A stretch of DNA of 61,295 nucleotides from the IMG/VR virus record IMGVR_UViG_3300027719_000006. The stretch is one strand, 5' to 3'. Within the stretch, counting starts at the first letter, position 1; every line of letters starts with the position of its first letter. The notes beneath the pieces are model-generated. The model made no database searches, was not told the origin of the DNA, and worked only from the letters and a program-made list of their open reading frames with translations. The position numbers and the translations under genes were made by a program. Of the stretch, positions 36,249 through 43,382 are shown piece by piece. This stretch comes from a virus.

Positions 36249-36482
36249 TCATTTTCTATATTTTTTTATTGTATTGACAGATGATTTTACTTTAACTGAT
36301 GTCTTTGGCTTAGCTGTGTTTATGTTGTAATTCCTATATGTAGAATGTATTGATTGTGTCACATTTGGAATAGTTGTCTTTGATGTGTTGACTCCAATTA
36401 TGATTAATTTTATTACACATATTACAAATACAATTATCATTAAGATTACTATAATAGCCATTTTTCTATTCATTCTATTCAT
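36249..36482 (-). CDS. small membrane protein (77 aa)
   Basis: ATG 36482 lies 5 nt after ggagg. TM segment MAIIVILMIIVFVICVIKLIIIGV. Confidence 0.55.
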   Translation of the reverse strand: MNRMNRKMAIIVILMIIVFVICVIKLIIIGVNTSKTTIPNVTQSIHSTYRNYNINTAKPKTSVKVKSSVNTIKKYRK

Positions 36483-36506
36483 GTTAGCCTCCAAAATTAT
36501 TTTTAT

Positions 36507-36707
36507 TTAAAGTTGTTCAGTTCTCTTTACTCCATTTTCCTCAATTGTAATTTCTGTATATCCTTCTCTTTTTAAATCTCTTTTGTATGCTGCTATAGCT
36601 TTTTCAGTGTGACAGTTTACCCATTTACCACTGTCTATTGTTGGATATGCAAAATATTTATCCTTTTTTATTATTCTTCCACGCTTATTTATAAATGTAT
36701 CTGACAT
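36507..36707 (-). CDS. hypothetical protein (66 aa)
   Basis: ORF track. RBS agaggga. Confidence 0.55.
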   Translation of the reverse strand: MSDTFINKRGRIIKKDKYFAYPTIDSGKWVNCHTEKAIAAYKRDLKREGYTEITIEENGVKRTEQL

Positions 36708-36730
36708 AATTAATTCCCTCTTTTCTTTTT

Positions 36731-36847
36731 TTATTTTAGATCTATTTTCTTAATATCATATATTGTTATGCTTTTGCTATGGCTTGGACTATCACATAAT
36801 CTTATAGCAATGCTGAATCCAATCGTCATAACAATTAACATCTTCAT
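36731..36847 (-). CDS. possible 38-aa hydrophobic peptide (MKMLIVMTIGFSIAIRL...)
   Basis: Found by hand; too short for the ORF track. It fills the gap between two genes and has ggtga 8 nt upstream. Confidence 0.3.
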   Translation of the reverse strand: MKMLIVMTIGFSIAIRLCDSPSHSKSITIYDIKKIDLK

Positions 36848-36854
36848 TCCATGG

Positions 36855-37088
36855 TCACCTGATATAATCAGGTTTCTTATATTTTCTAGTATGTGTAACA
36901 TTTTTATCACCTCCGAAATATCTCACATAATCTGAATGGTCACGACCAACTAATTTATTAAATATGCTGTTTAATGCTCCTGCGTATTCTTTGCTGTACA
37001 CACTACATTCTCTTAATTTTATGTTCAACTCAATCTCCAGATATGATTTTTCGTCTTTTGTTAATTCAATTTTATACATAATATTCAT
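36855..37088 (-). CDS. hypothetical protein (77 aa)
   Basis: ORF track. Confidence 0.5.
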   Translation of the reverse strand: MNIMYKIELTKDEKSYLEIELNIKLRECSVYSKEYAGALNSIFNKLVGRDHSDYVRYFGGDKNVTHTRKYKKPDYIR

Positions 37089-37115
37089 TATCCTTTCTCA
37101 ATTTTATATTTCTAG

Positions 37116-37604
37116 TTACTTCAAGTGTACTATTTTTCTTGTTTCTCTAATCAATTCTATCCTTCCATCTAAATGTTTCATCTCTCTTTCTGTAACTGTT
37201 TCTTCTAATGCTTTTGCAGCAGAATATTTATTGTCAACTTTGTTGACTTGATAATCATTTTCTTGACTAACATTGTCTAAATTAATTATTGGATATTTTG
37301 CTTTGACTTGTTGTGGCTGCTGTTGTTGTTGGTTGTAGTTTTTGCCTTTAAATTCATGTGATAAGAAGCCGACTGCTATAAAGAATAGTGGTAATGCAGA
37401 TATGAAAAACATTTCACATGTCATTGAGTGAGTGTATAGTTTCCCAGATTTAAATAAGATTATGTCAATTAATGTTATGACTGCTAATATAGTTAGTTTC
37501 AGTGTTCTAAAGTTTTTTGTAAATATATGATATATACCATAGAAGAAATATATCACGGATCTAATTACAAATTTGTTGAATGTTTTAATTATTGAATTTG
37601 TCAT
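37116..37604 (-). CDS. multi-pass membrane protein (162 aa) with a poly-Gln tract
   Basis: Three hydrophobic segments followed by NQQQQQPQQ. Extended RBS aaggggaactaag. Confidence 0.6.
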   Translation of the reverse strand: MTNSIIKTFNKFVIRSVIYFFYGIYHIFTKNFRTLKLTILAVITLIDIILFKSGKLYTHSMTCEMFFISALPLFFIAVGFLSHEFKGKNYNQQQQQPQQVKAKYPIINLDNVSQENDYQVNKVDNKYSAAKALEETVTEREMKHLDGRIELIRETRKIVHLK

Positions 37605-37667
37605 TTTCTTAGTTCCCCTTTAATTAATGTTTTATGATTTCGGACCAGTTAAGATAAAATCAATTGT

Positions 37668-37895
37668 CTATTCCATGAACTTTTTAACTATTCTAAACTT
37701 TGGTTTGCCTATCAACGTTCTTTGATAAACTCCCCATTCTCTGGCTGTCAATTCTCTCTCAATCCTGGTATTCCCTTTTTGCCAGCTCACAATGATTTTC
37801 TTTAACTGTTTCCCTTTTCTCTCTACCTTGTCAAATACAAAGTCAAGTTCGTCAAGCTCATCATATGTATCAATCTTATATTCATTCTTCATCAT
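37668..37895 (-). CDS. hypothetical protein (75 aa)
   Basis: ORF track. Extended RBS aaggggaactaag. Confidence 0.55.
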   Translation of the reverse strand: MMKNEYKIDTYDELDELDFVFDKVERKGKQLKKIIVSWQKGNTRIERELTAREWGVYQRTLIGKPKFRIVKKFME

Positions 37896-37925
37896 CTTAG
37901 TTCCCCTTTCTAACTTTAGATTAAC

Positions 37926-38222
37926 TTAATTACAAATTAATTCATTTTCATTTTTTAATTCTGCCTTTTGTTCTCCATAAAAACAATTTAAAGGGTCTTT
38001 TAATTTATTCGCAATACTTTTCAAAAATACATCTTCCAAATCACTTTTCAATTGTCCTATGTCATTGCACAACCTTCTAGTTTTAACACTTAGTTTATGA
38101 TTCTTAGGTAATCTATTATTAGTTTGAGTTGTTATCTTAACCATGTAGTTATATAATTTTTTAACGTTTTCACCTAAAATAATAATGTCTTCTGGTTTAC
38201 ATTGTTCAAGTTTATTGTTCAT
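37926..38222 (-). CDS. hypothetical protein (98 aa)
   Basis: ATG 38222 lies 8 nt after ggaaggaag. The tracked start is a GTG. Confidence 0.55.
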   Translation of the reverse strand: MNNKLEQCKPEDIIILGENVKKLYNYMVKITTQTNNRLPKNHKLSVKTRRLCNDIGQLKSDLEDVFLKSIANKLKDPLNCFYGEQKAELKNENELICN

Positions 38223-38257
38223 TCTCGTCACTTCCTTCCCTTTCCTGGCTATGCCAG

Positions 38258-38536
38258 CTACATATAACTTCTTATGATTTCCTTTGGGTCTAGTAAGTTT
38301 TTACCAACTGATTTCATTCCCTTAGGTAGTTTTTCTATTACTTCTTCTTCTGTATCTCCAGTAACAACTAAATGTGTTGCCAGAATTTCCATTTTTTCAA
38401 TTGAGTATAATCTCGCATAAAAACACTTATCTCTATAGTCTATGTCAGTATTATTTTTGTCGAATACTGTAATAATTTTAACTTTAAACATGTTTAGATA
38501 ATGGTTAAAGTTATTTAAAATAATATCACCTGTCAT
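38258..38536 (-). CDS. hypothetical protein (92 aa)
   Basis: ORF track. Overlaps the upstream gene by 11 nt. Confidence 0.55.
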   Translation of the reverse strand: MTGDIILNNFNHYLNMFKVKIITVFDKNNTDIDYRDKCFYARLYSIEKMEILATHLVVTGDTEEEVIEKLPKGMKSVGKNLLDPKEIIRSYM

Positions 38537-38750
38537 TTTTGTTTGCCTCCTGTTCTATATTTCCTATATTGTACAAATGTTTAAGTCCATACAATATACA
38601 TTCTAAGATGATAGTATTTCTATTTTTCTTTTGTATGTTTACTAAAACTAACTCGTCTAATACAAATTTGATTGACTTGTGCATATATACTGGAAATATT
38701 GCCGTGTCTTTGTTTCTTTTTTTACTTTTTGAAGATTCATTTTCTTTCAT
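38526..38750 (-). CDS. small protein (74 aa), possibly RHH/Arc-like
   Basis: A beta-strand-like stretch (TAIFPVYMHKSI) followed by two helices. RBS aagggg. Tentative. Confidence 0.45.
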   Translation of the reverse strand: MKENESSKSKKRNKDTAIFPVYMHKSIKFVLDELVLVNIQKKNRNTIILECILYGLKHLYNIGNIEQEANKNDR

Positions 38751-38835
38751 ACTTTACCCCTTTCATTTTGTAGTCTATGTTGATTTTATAATACTATCTT
38801 AAATTTATTATAATACTATTTAAATATTATTGCAA

Positions 38836-38867
38836 TAAAAAATAACTTATTTCTAAGTTATTTTTTA
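38836..38867. terminator. rho-independent terminator
   Basis: Stem aataactta (38841..38849) / taagttatt (38854..38862), extended by A/T runs. Confidence 0.7.
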
Positions 38868-38881
38868 TTGATTGTATTTTG

Positions 38882-39040
38882 TTAGCTGTTTTTCTTTTTG
38901 AATATTTCATATGTTGCCTCTGACATCTTGCCATTGTCTAGGTCTTTCTTTGCTTCTTGGAGTACTACTTCTTTAGTTCGTTTTGCTTTTTGAGTTATTA
39001 GATAAGCTGATAGCTTTTCTTTCCTTTCTTGTTCAGTCAT
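38882..39040 (-). CDS. hypothetical protein (52 aa)
   Basis: ATG 39040 is preceded by aaggagg. The tracked start 39073 would overlap the upstream gene by 28 nt. Confidence 0.5.
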   Translation of the reverse strand: MTEQERKEKLSAYLITQKAKRTKEVVLQEAKKDLDNGKMSEATYEIFKKKNS

Positions 39041-39045
39041 GGTTA

Positions 39046-39321
39046 TTAACCTCCTTGATTGATATTTACCCACATTTTAATTAAAACTTCTTTTTGTATG
39101 ACCTCATCAAATTCTCCGCCTTCAATTTCAGTATCTTGTATTTCAGTAGAACCTTCAGACCATGTTAACATATAATGCTTGCCTTCTATTTCTGCAACAC
39201 CTTCGTAATATGTTGACCACCTGTCTTTTTCGATTATTTTCTTATCATTGTAACTCATAACATATATTAATTCTTTTACTTCTTCACTGCTTAATGTTAC
39301 GCTTTTTTCATTAATTATCAT
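39046..39321 (-). CDS. hypothetical protein (91 aa), first gene after promoter copy P3
   Basis: ORF track. Extended RBS aaggggaactaag. Confidence 0.55.
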   Translation of the reverse strand: MIINEKSVTLSSEEVKELIYVMSYNDKKIIEKDRWSTYYEGVAEIEGKHYMLTWSEGSTEIQDTEIEGGEFDEVIQKEVLIKMWVNINQGG

Positions 39322-39369
39322 CTTAGTTCCCCTTTGAAATTTAGTAGATTATTTCTAATCTCTAATTAT

Positions 39370-39398
39370 AGTATATATATTAATTTAGTTTCTGTCAA
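39370..39398 (-). promoter_or_regulatory. sigma-A-type promoter, copy P3
   Basis: Minus strand reads TTGTTGACAgaaa, a 17-nt spacer, then TATACT (-35 at 39398..39393, -10 at 39375..39370). Confidence 0.7.
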
Positions 39399-39406
39399 CA
39401 ATTAAA

Positions 39407-39610
39407 TTAAACTTTTTTATCTGGTATAAATTTCAAAATATCTTTTTTTAGTTCTTCAAATGTTATATTTTCTTTTATGTTTACTATATGTTTCATTAAG
39501 TTACCATAATTACAAATAAATACTTCTTTGTTCCATATTTCTATATTGCGTGAAATTATTTTATAATCAATCCAGCGTTGGCAAACTTTGTCTAAATTAT
39601 CAGTAACCAT
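39407..39610 (-). CDS. hypothetical protein (67 aa)
   Basis: ORF track. Confidence 0.5.
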   Translation of the reverse strand: MVTDNLDKVCQRWIDYKIISRNIEIWNKEVFICNYGNLMKHIVNIKENITFEELKKDILKFIPDKKV

Positions 39611-39642
39611 AACAATTTCTTTATCTTCGTATTCTCCATCTA

Positions 39643-39921
39643 TTAATATAAAATTTTTTCTTTTAATTTTTCTCGATATAAATCACATTGCAGACGATAT
39701 CCTTCAAGTTCCCATATTTTATTTTTTGCTTCTTCTTCAGCTATTTGTTTTCCTATTTCAGAATCAAAGTTTTTTACATCAACACATGCAGATGTTCCAG
39801 TAACTTCAAATCCATTTTTCAGCTTCAGGCAGCAGATTGTTGTTTTCTTATGTGCTCTAATGAAAACTTTTTCTAAGATTAAATTTTCTATCATTTCTTG
39901 TGTAATTTTATTATCATTCAT
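39643..39921 (-). CDS. Gp49-like (N4 gp49 / Sf6 gp66 family) protein (92 aa)
   Basis: TTICCLKLKNGFEVTGTSACVDVKNFDSEIGKQIAEEEAKNKIWELEGYRL matches the characteristic pattern of this family. Confidence 0.6.
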   Translation of the reverse strand: MNDNKITQEMIENLILEKVFIRAHKKTTICCLKLKNGFEVTGTSACVDVKNFDSEIGKQIAEEEAKNKIWELEGYRLQCDLYREKLKEKILY

Positions 39922-40044
39922 TTTAAAACCTCACTTTATTTATTTATATTAAATCATATCAAAACATATGAAAATATCAAATATTTTATGTGTAAAACGA
40001 TATTTAATGTGAAAATGTGATAATTATACATATTGGGATTTATG

Positions 40045-40070
40045 CCGATTAAAGTAAATCTGTTGTGTTT
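40045..40070. repeat. dispersed motif copy CCGATTAAAGTAAATCTGTTGTGTTT
   Basis: Read directly. Lies in the divergent control region upstream of 39921. Confidence 0.6.
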
Positions 40071-40145
40071 TAGGATATGCTTATCTGATTAAGTAAAAGG
40101 TGTATCTTTTTTTTAAAAATAATAGCACTTTTATAAATATATATT

Positions 40146-40236
40146 AATCTTTACAATAAAAAATATATATTTATCTTTACAATAAAAAATATATATTATA
40201 TAATATATATTAATCTTTACAAAAATAAATATATAT
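40146..40236. repeat. three direct repeats of (A/T)ATCTTTACAA(T/A)AAA.A.ATATATAT upstream of the KilA-N gene (operator candidates)
   Basis: Copies start at 40146, 40172 and 40212. Each contains TTTACA, but no properly spaced -10 could be placed. Confidence 0.6.
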
Positions 40237-40252
40237 TAAGGAGAAATAAAAT

Positions 40253-40858
40253 ATGAAAACCGAAGTAATTATGAAAAGACCTTTGTTTGGAATTGAAATA
40301 TCTCAAAAATCAAAAACAGAATTTTTGTCAGCAACAGACTTAGTAAGAGCAGGAAATAAATGGAGAAATGAAAATAACCTAAATGACTTTAATTTGTCTT
40401 TATGGTTTACACAAAAAAGTACAGTAGAATTTATGGAAGAATTAAATAAAAAATATGGAGTAGTAAAAATTTCAGGGAGAGGAAGAGGCGTTCATACATG
40501 GGTACATCCATTTTTATTTATAGATATTGCTCTTGCTATATCTCCAAAATTAAAAATAGAAACATACGAATGGCTATATGACCATCTTTTAAAATATAGA
40601 AATAATTCTGGAGATTCATATAAAAAAATGTCTGGAGCCTTGTATAATAATTGCTCAAATAAAAGCGAATTTGCAGATTTTATTAAAAATGTTGCAAAGC
40701 AAATACAAAATGCTTGTGGAATAAATAGTTGGGAAGAATGGCAAAAAGCAGATATAGAAACATTACAAAAAAGAGATAGAATGCATGAAAATATAGCATT
40801 GTTAACAGATATATTGCCACTTAACGAAGCAGTTAGAATAGGAATACTCAAGTCGTAA
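40253..40858 (+). CDS. KilA-N domain protein (201 aa)
   Basis: Motifs FLSATDLVRAGNKW and GRGVHTWVHPFLFIDIALAISPKLKIETYEWLY are KilA-N signatures. RBS aaggag. Confidence 0.75.
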   Translation: MKTEVIMKRPLFGIEISQKSKTEFLSATDLVRAGNKWRNENNLNDFNLSLWFTQKSTVEFMEELNKKYGVVKISGRGRGVHTWVHPFLFIDIALAISPKLKIETYEWLYDHLLKYRNNSGDSYKKMSGALYNNCSNKSEFADFIKNVAKQIQNACGINSWEEWQKADIETLQKRDRMHENIALLTDILPLNEAVRIGILKS

Positions 40859-40882
40859 TTATTGAAATATTCCCTAATGTAT

Positions 40883-40949
40883 CAAATCACATAAGTTATT
40901 CAAGTTTATGTGTTTCAATGCACATATTCGATTGAGTTTATGTGATTTG
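40883..40949. repeat. 12-bp perfect inverted repeat caaatcacataa / ttatgtgatttg with a 43-nt spacer
   Basis: Arms at 40883..40894 and 40938..40949. The loop contains a second direct copy of agtttatgtg. Confidence 0.7.
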
Positions 40950-40963
40950 TATTTATTAGACAT

Positions 40964-40996
40964 AAAAAAAGACACTTCCGAGATGTCTTTTTTTAT
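40964..40996. terminator. probable bidirectional terminator
   Basis: Sequence aaaaaaagaca-N9-tgtcttttttt. The stem is short (5 to 7 bp) but has strong A and T runs. Confidence 0.5.
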
Positions 40997-41060
40997 CCTG
41001 ATAAAGTTTTAGCGGGAACTAAAATATCAAAAATAACATTGAAAACATTAATTAATTGTA

Positions 41061-41089
41061 ATTATATGTATCCGTGGGGATATTGTCAA
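41061..41089 (-). promoter_or_regulatory. orphan consensus promoter (TTGACA, 17 nt, TATAAT) with no annotated gene downstream
   Basis: Minus strand: TTGACA at 41089..41084, a 17-nt spacer, TATAAT at 41066..41061. It points at terminator 40964..40996, about 60 to 90 nt away. Confidence 0.5.
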
Positions 41090-41115
41090 TATTATTTTAT
41101 TTTATCTAATAAACT

Positions 41116-41146
41116 AAAAATACAACTTAAATAAGTTGTATTTTTT
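41116..41146. terminator. bidirectional rho-independent terminator downstream of the Rha-like gene
   Basis: Stem tacaactt (41121..41128) / aagttgta (41133..41140), extended by five A-T pairs. Confidence 0.7.
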
Positions 41147-41202
41147 AGAATTCTTTAAATTCTTTTACTAATCTAGCATACTTATTTGTTTAAATTCTTT
41201 TT

Positions 41203-41979
41203 TTAAGATTCAAACATTGATATTTGTTTTGGTATTAGCAAATCAATAACATTGGATTTCCCTATAAATTTCGCATATGGTTCAATCTCAATTTGCAATA
41301 TTTTATATGTTTCTTTAGCATCTTTATTTTCATCTATGCATTTATGTATTATTTCCTGCATTTTTATTTCTGCTGTATCTAAATAAGATAATTGATGTTT
41401 AGTCATACAATCTCGTTTATTAATATTTGTAGTTATTTGTATATCAAATAAAGCTTTATTTATCATTCTTGTAATATTAGAGTATAATAAGTTAGGTTTC
41501 TTTACATAAGTAGAATCGGGATTATTTTTGCAGTGTTCTTCGTGTAATTTTTTAATAGCATCTGTAAATTCTTTTCTTGATTCTTTTCCTTTTTTTCTTG
41601 TTTCTATCCATTCTTGATTCTGTTGTTGTAATTTAATTTGCAATAATGCTTTTCTCATTGATACAAATTGTCTTGATATTTCTAATTTAGCTTTCATGAC
41701 CTTAGTCATTTCATTTGGCTTAGTTCTCATGTTCGTAATTACAAATATGTATTGTTCCTCATTTAAATAATATATCTTTTTGGGAGCTCCTCCCTTATCT
41801 GTAATTTCATGTTTTACGATTTCAAATCGCAAAACCCCCAACATTTGTAGTTCTTTTTCGTAATTTATTACCACTTTAATAATTGTTTGATGTTTTCTTT
41901 CTAGTTCTTGAGCAATAATATTTGTAGCTACATAAATTTCATCATTTTTAATTTCTACTAAATTATTCAATATCAACAC
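41203..41979 (-). CDS. Rha-family phage regulatory protein (258 aa)
   Basis: YVATNIIAQELERKHQTIIKVV matches the tsr.iAe.f.K.H..vl Rha N-domain pattern. Non-ATG start (GTG 41979 or TTG 41976/41970) after aaggag. Confidence 0.6.
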   Translation of the reverse strand: MLILNNLVEIKNDEIYVATNIIAQELERKHQTIIKVVINYEKELQMLGVLRFEIVKHEITDKGGAPKKIYYLNEEQYIFVITNMRTKPNEMTKVMKAKLEISRQFVSMRKALLQIKLQQQNQEWIETRKKGKESRKEFTDAIKKLHEEHCKNNPDSTYVKKPNLLYSNITRMINKALFDIQITTNINKRDCMTKHQLSYLDTAEIKMQEIIHKCIDENKDAKETYKILQIEIEPYAKFIGKSNVIDLLIPKQISMFES

Positions 41980-42342
41980 TCCTTATAATTTTAATGCTTT
42001 AATTGTAACGTAATTACCTTATAAGGTCAATATTGAATAGTATAAATCTTATTAAAGTTTTTCATATAATATTTTAATAAGACTAAGAATATTTATTTTT
42101 ATTAAAGTACATTTAACTTTGTCCAATTAAATAGAAATCTGTTATCCTAATTTCAACTTTGAACATCTAAGCAACATAATCTCATGCAATATACTTCTCA
42201 TTAAAAATTTGCTACCTAAAACAACGTTTTAAATTATTTTCACATAATTACACTATCTAAACAAAACACGTCTTAAAATGCAAAATACTGCGTCAAACAA
42301 ATATCAGATTTACTTTTAACTGGAGATGTATTTTTTTATCTT

Positions 42343-42818
42343 GTTACACTCTATTTTCTTATAAAACATCCATTTTTGTAAAACTCGCTAATAGCTTGAA
42401 ACTTAACTATAAAAAAACTTGTTACACACCTACACGATTGTTATAACTTAAAAGTTAATTTAAAAATAGTGCTGTAACAAAAACAAAAAAAATGTTTTCA
42501 ATCTATTAGCTAGCTTGGATACTAAAGCTAGTGTAACGAAAAGTCGATGTTACAAAAAAAAAATCTACAATTCAGCATTCATCAATATTAGAGTGCTATG
42601 GCTTGCTGTAACAAAAAAATCAAAACACACACCCCTATATATAATATATATATAATTTTATAATTACCATTATATGTATTTTCTCCATTTTGCATATAGG
42701 GTATTAACATTATTTTTTGTTACACTGTTACACTTATATATATTATTCTTATAATGTACTAATATATATGCATATAGGGCTTTTACCCTGTAACATTTTA
42801 TGTAACTGAAAGTGTAAC
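42343..42818. other. candidate replication origin: at least 12 copies of GTTACA(C)/(G)TGTAAC iterons flanking an AT-only tract
   Basis: GTTACA-core copies occur at 42343, 42421, 42549, 42719 and 42727 (forward). Reverse copies are at 42473, 42531, 42607, 42789, 42801 and 42812. The alternating AT tract is at 42636..42660, and tgcatataggg occurs twice. The region is a 1.2-kb gene-free stretch upstream of the SF3 helicase operon. Confidence 0.55.
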
Positions 42819-43176
42819 AAAAACACTGTTTAAAGTAGTTGCATAAGTAAGTGTATTTTATTGCTTACATTTTTTAGGATATTTTTTGGTATACATACTA
42901 ATTTATTTATATACATTATATGTAATATACCATTTTTTATATATAGAAAGTGTACAAATTTTACTAGTTTTATGTATTTTATTGCTGTAATATATTTGCT
43001 ACAAAAAAGACATTTGTAAAAATGATAAAAATGACAAAACACGTGTTCTAATTGCTGCCAATAATTTCCTTTAATTGGATTTCGTTTTTACTCTTTACAA
43101 ATCAAGTTTGTTATTATACAATTTACTAGATAATGTATTAGGTAAAACTATTGATTATAAATTGGGGGAAATTAAA

Positions 43177-43380
43177 ATGAAATGTCAAGTATCAAATGAA
43201 TTATTTGAAAAAGCTGCTGAAAATAGGTCTTATAAAATAGCAAATGTAGTTTTTGAACCAGACACAATGAAAATGCTTGAAAAATTACAAACATGTTTTG
43301 GCGAAAAGAAAATATCTAGGTCAAAAGTAATAAGACTATTAACTCTAGACTTCTGCACTAAAAATGGGATTGAGGTGTAG
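43177..43380 (+). CDS. small RHH-like protein (67 aa)
   Basis: ATG 43177 is preceded by ggggga. VVFEPDTMKMLEKLQTCFGEKKISRSKVIRLLTLDF fits a strand-helix-helix. The tracked longer start lacks an RBS. Confidence 0.55.
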   Translation: MKCQVSNELFEKAAENRSYKIANVVFEPDTMKMLEKLQTCFGEKKISRSKVIRLLTLDFCTKNGIEV

Positions 43381-43382
43381 TT

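Noticed and set aside
37233-37247. Palindrome gtcaac-ttt-gttgac containing TTGACA, considered as a fifth promoter copy
   Set aside because: It lies inside the CDS 37116..37604. There is no -10 hexamer at 16 to 18 nt, and it lacks the flanking TTGTTGACAGAAA context.
40883-40949. The 12-bp inverted repeat considered as an attP core or recombination site
   Set aside because: No integrase or recombinase gene is present in the genome. It is kept only as an unexplained inverted repeat or possible RNA hairpin.
42830-43042. 70-aa minus-strand ORF in the long intergenic region
   Set aside because: It has no RBS, an implausible Phe/Tyr/Lys/Ile-rich composition typical of random AT-rich DNA, and lies inside the iteron/AT-tract region.
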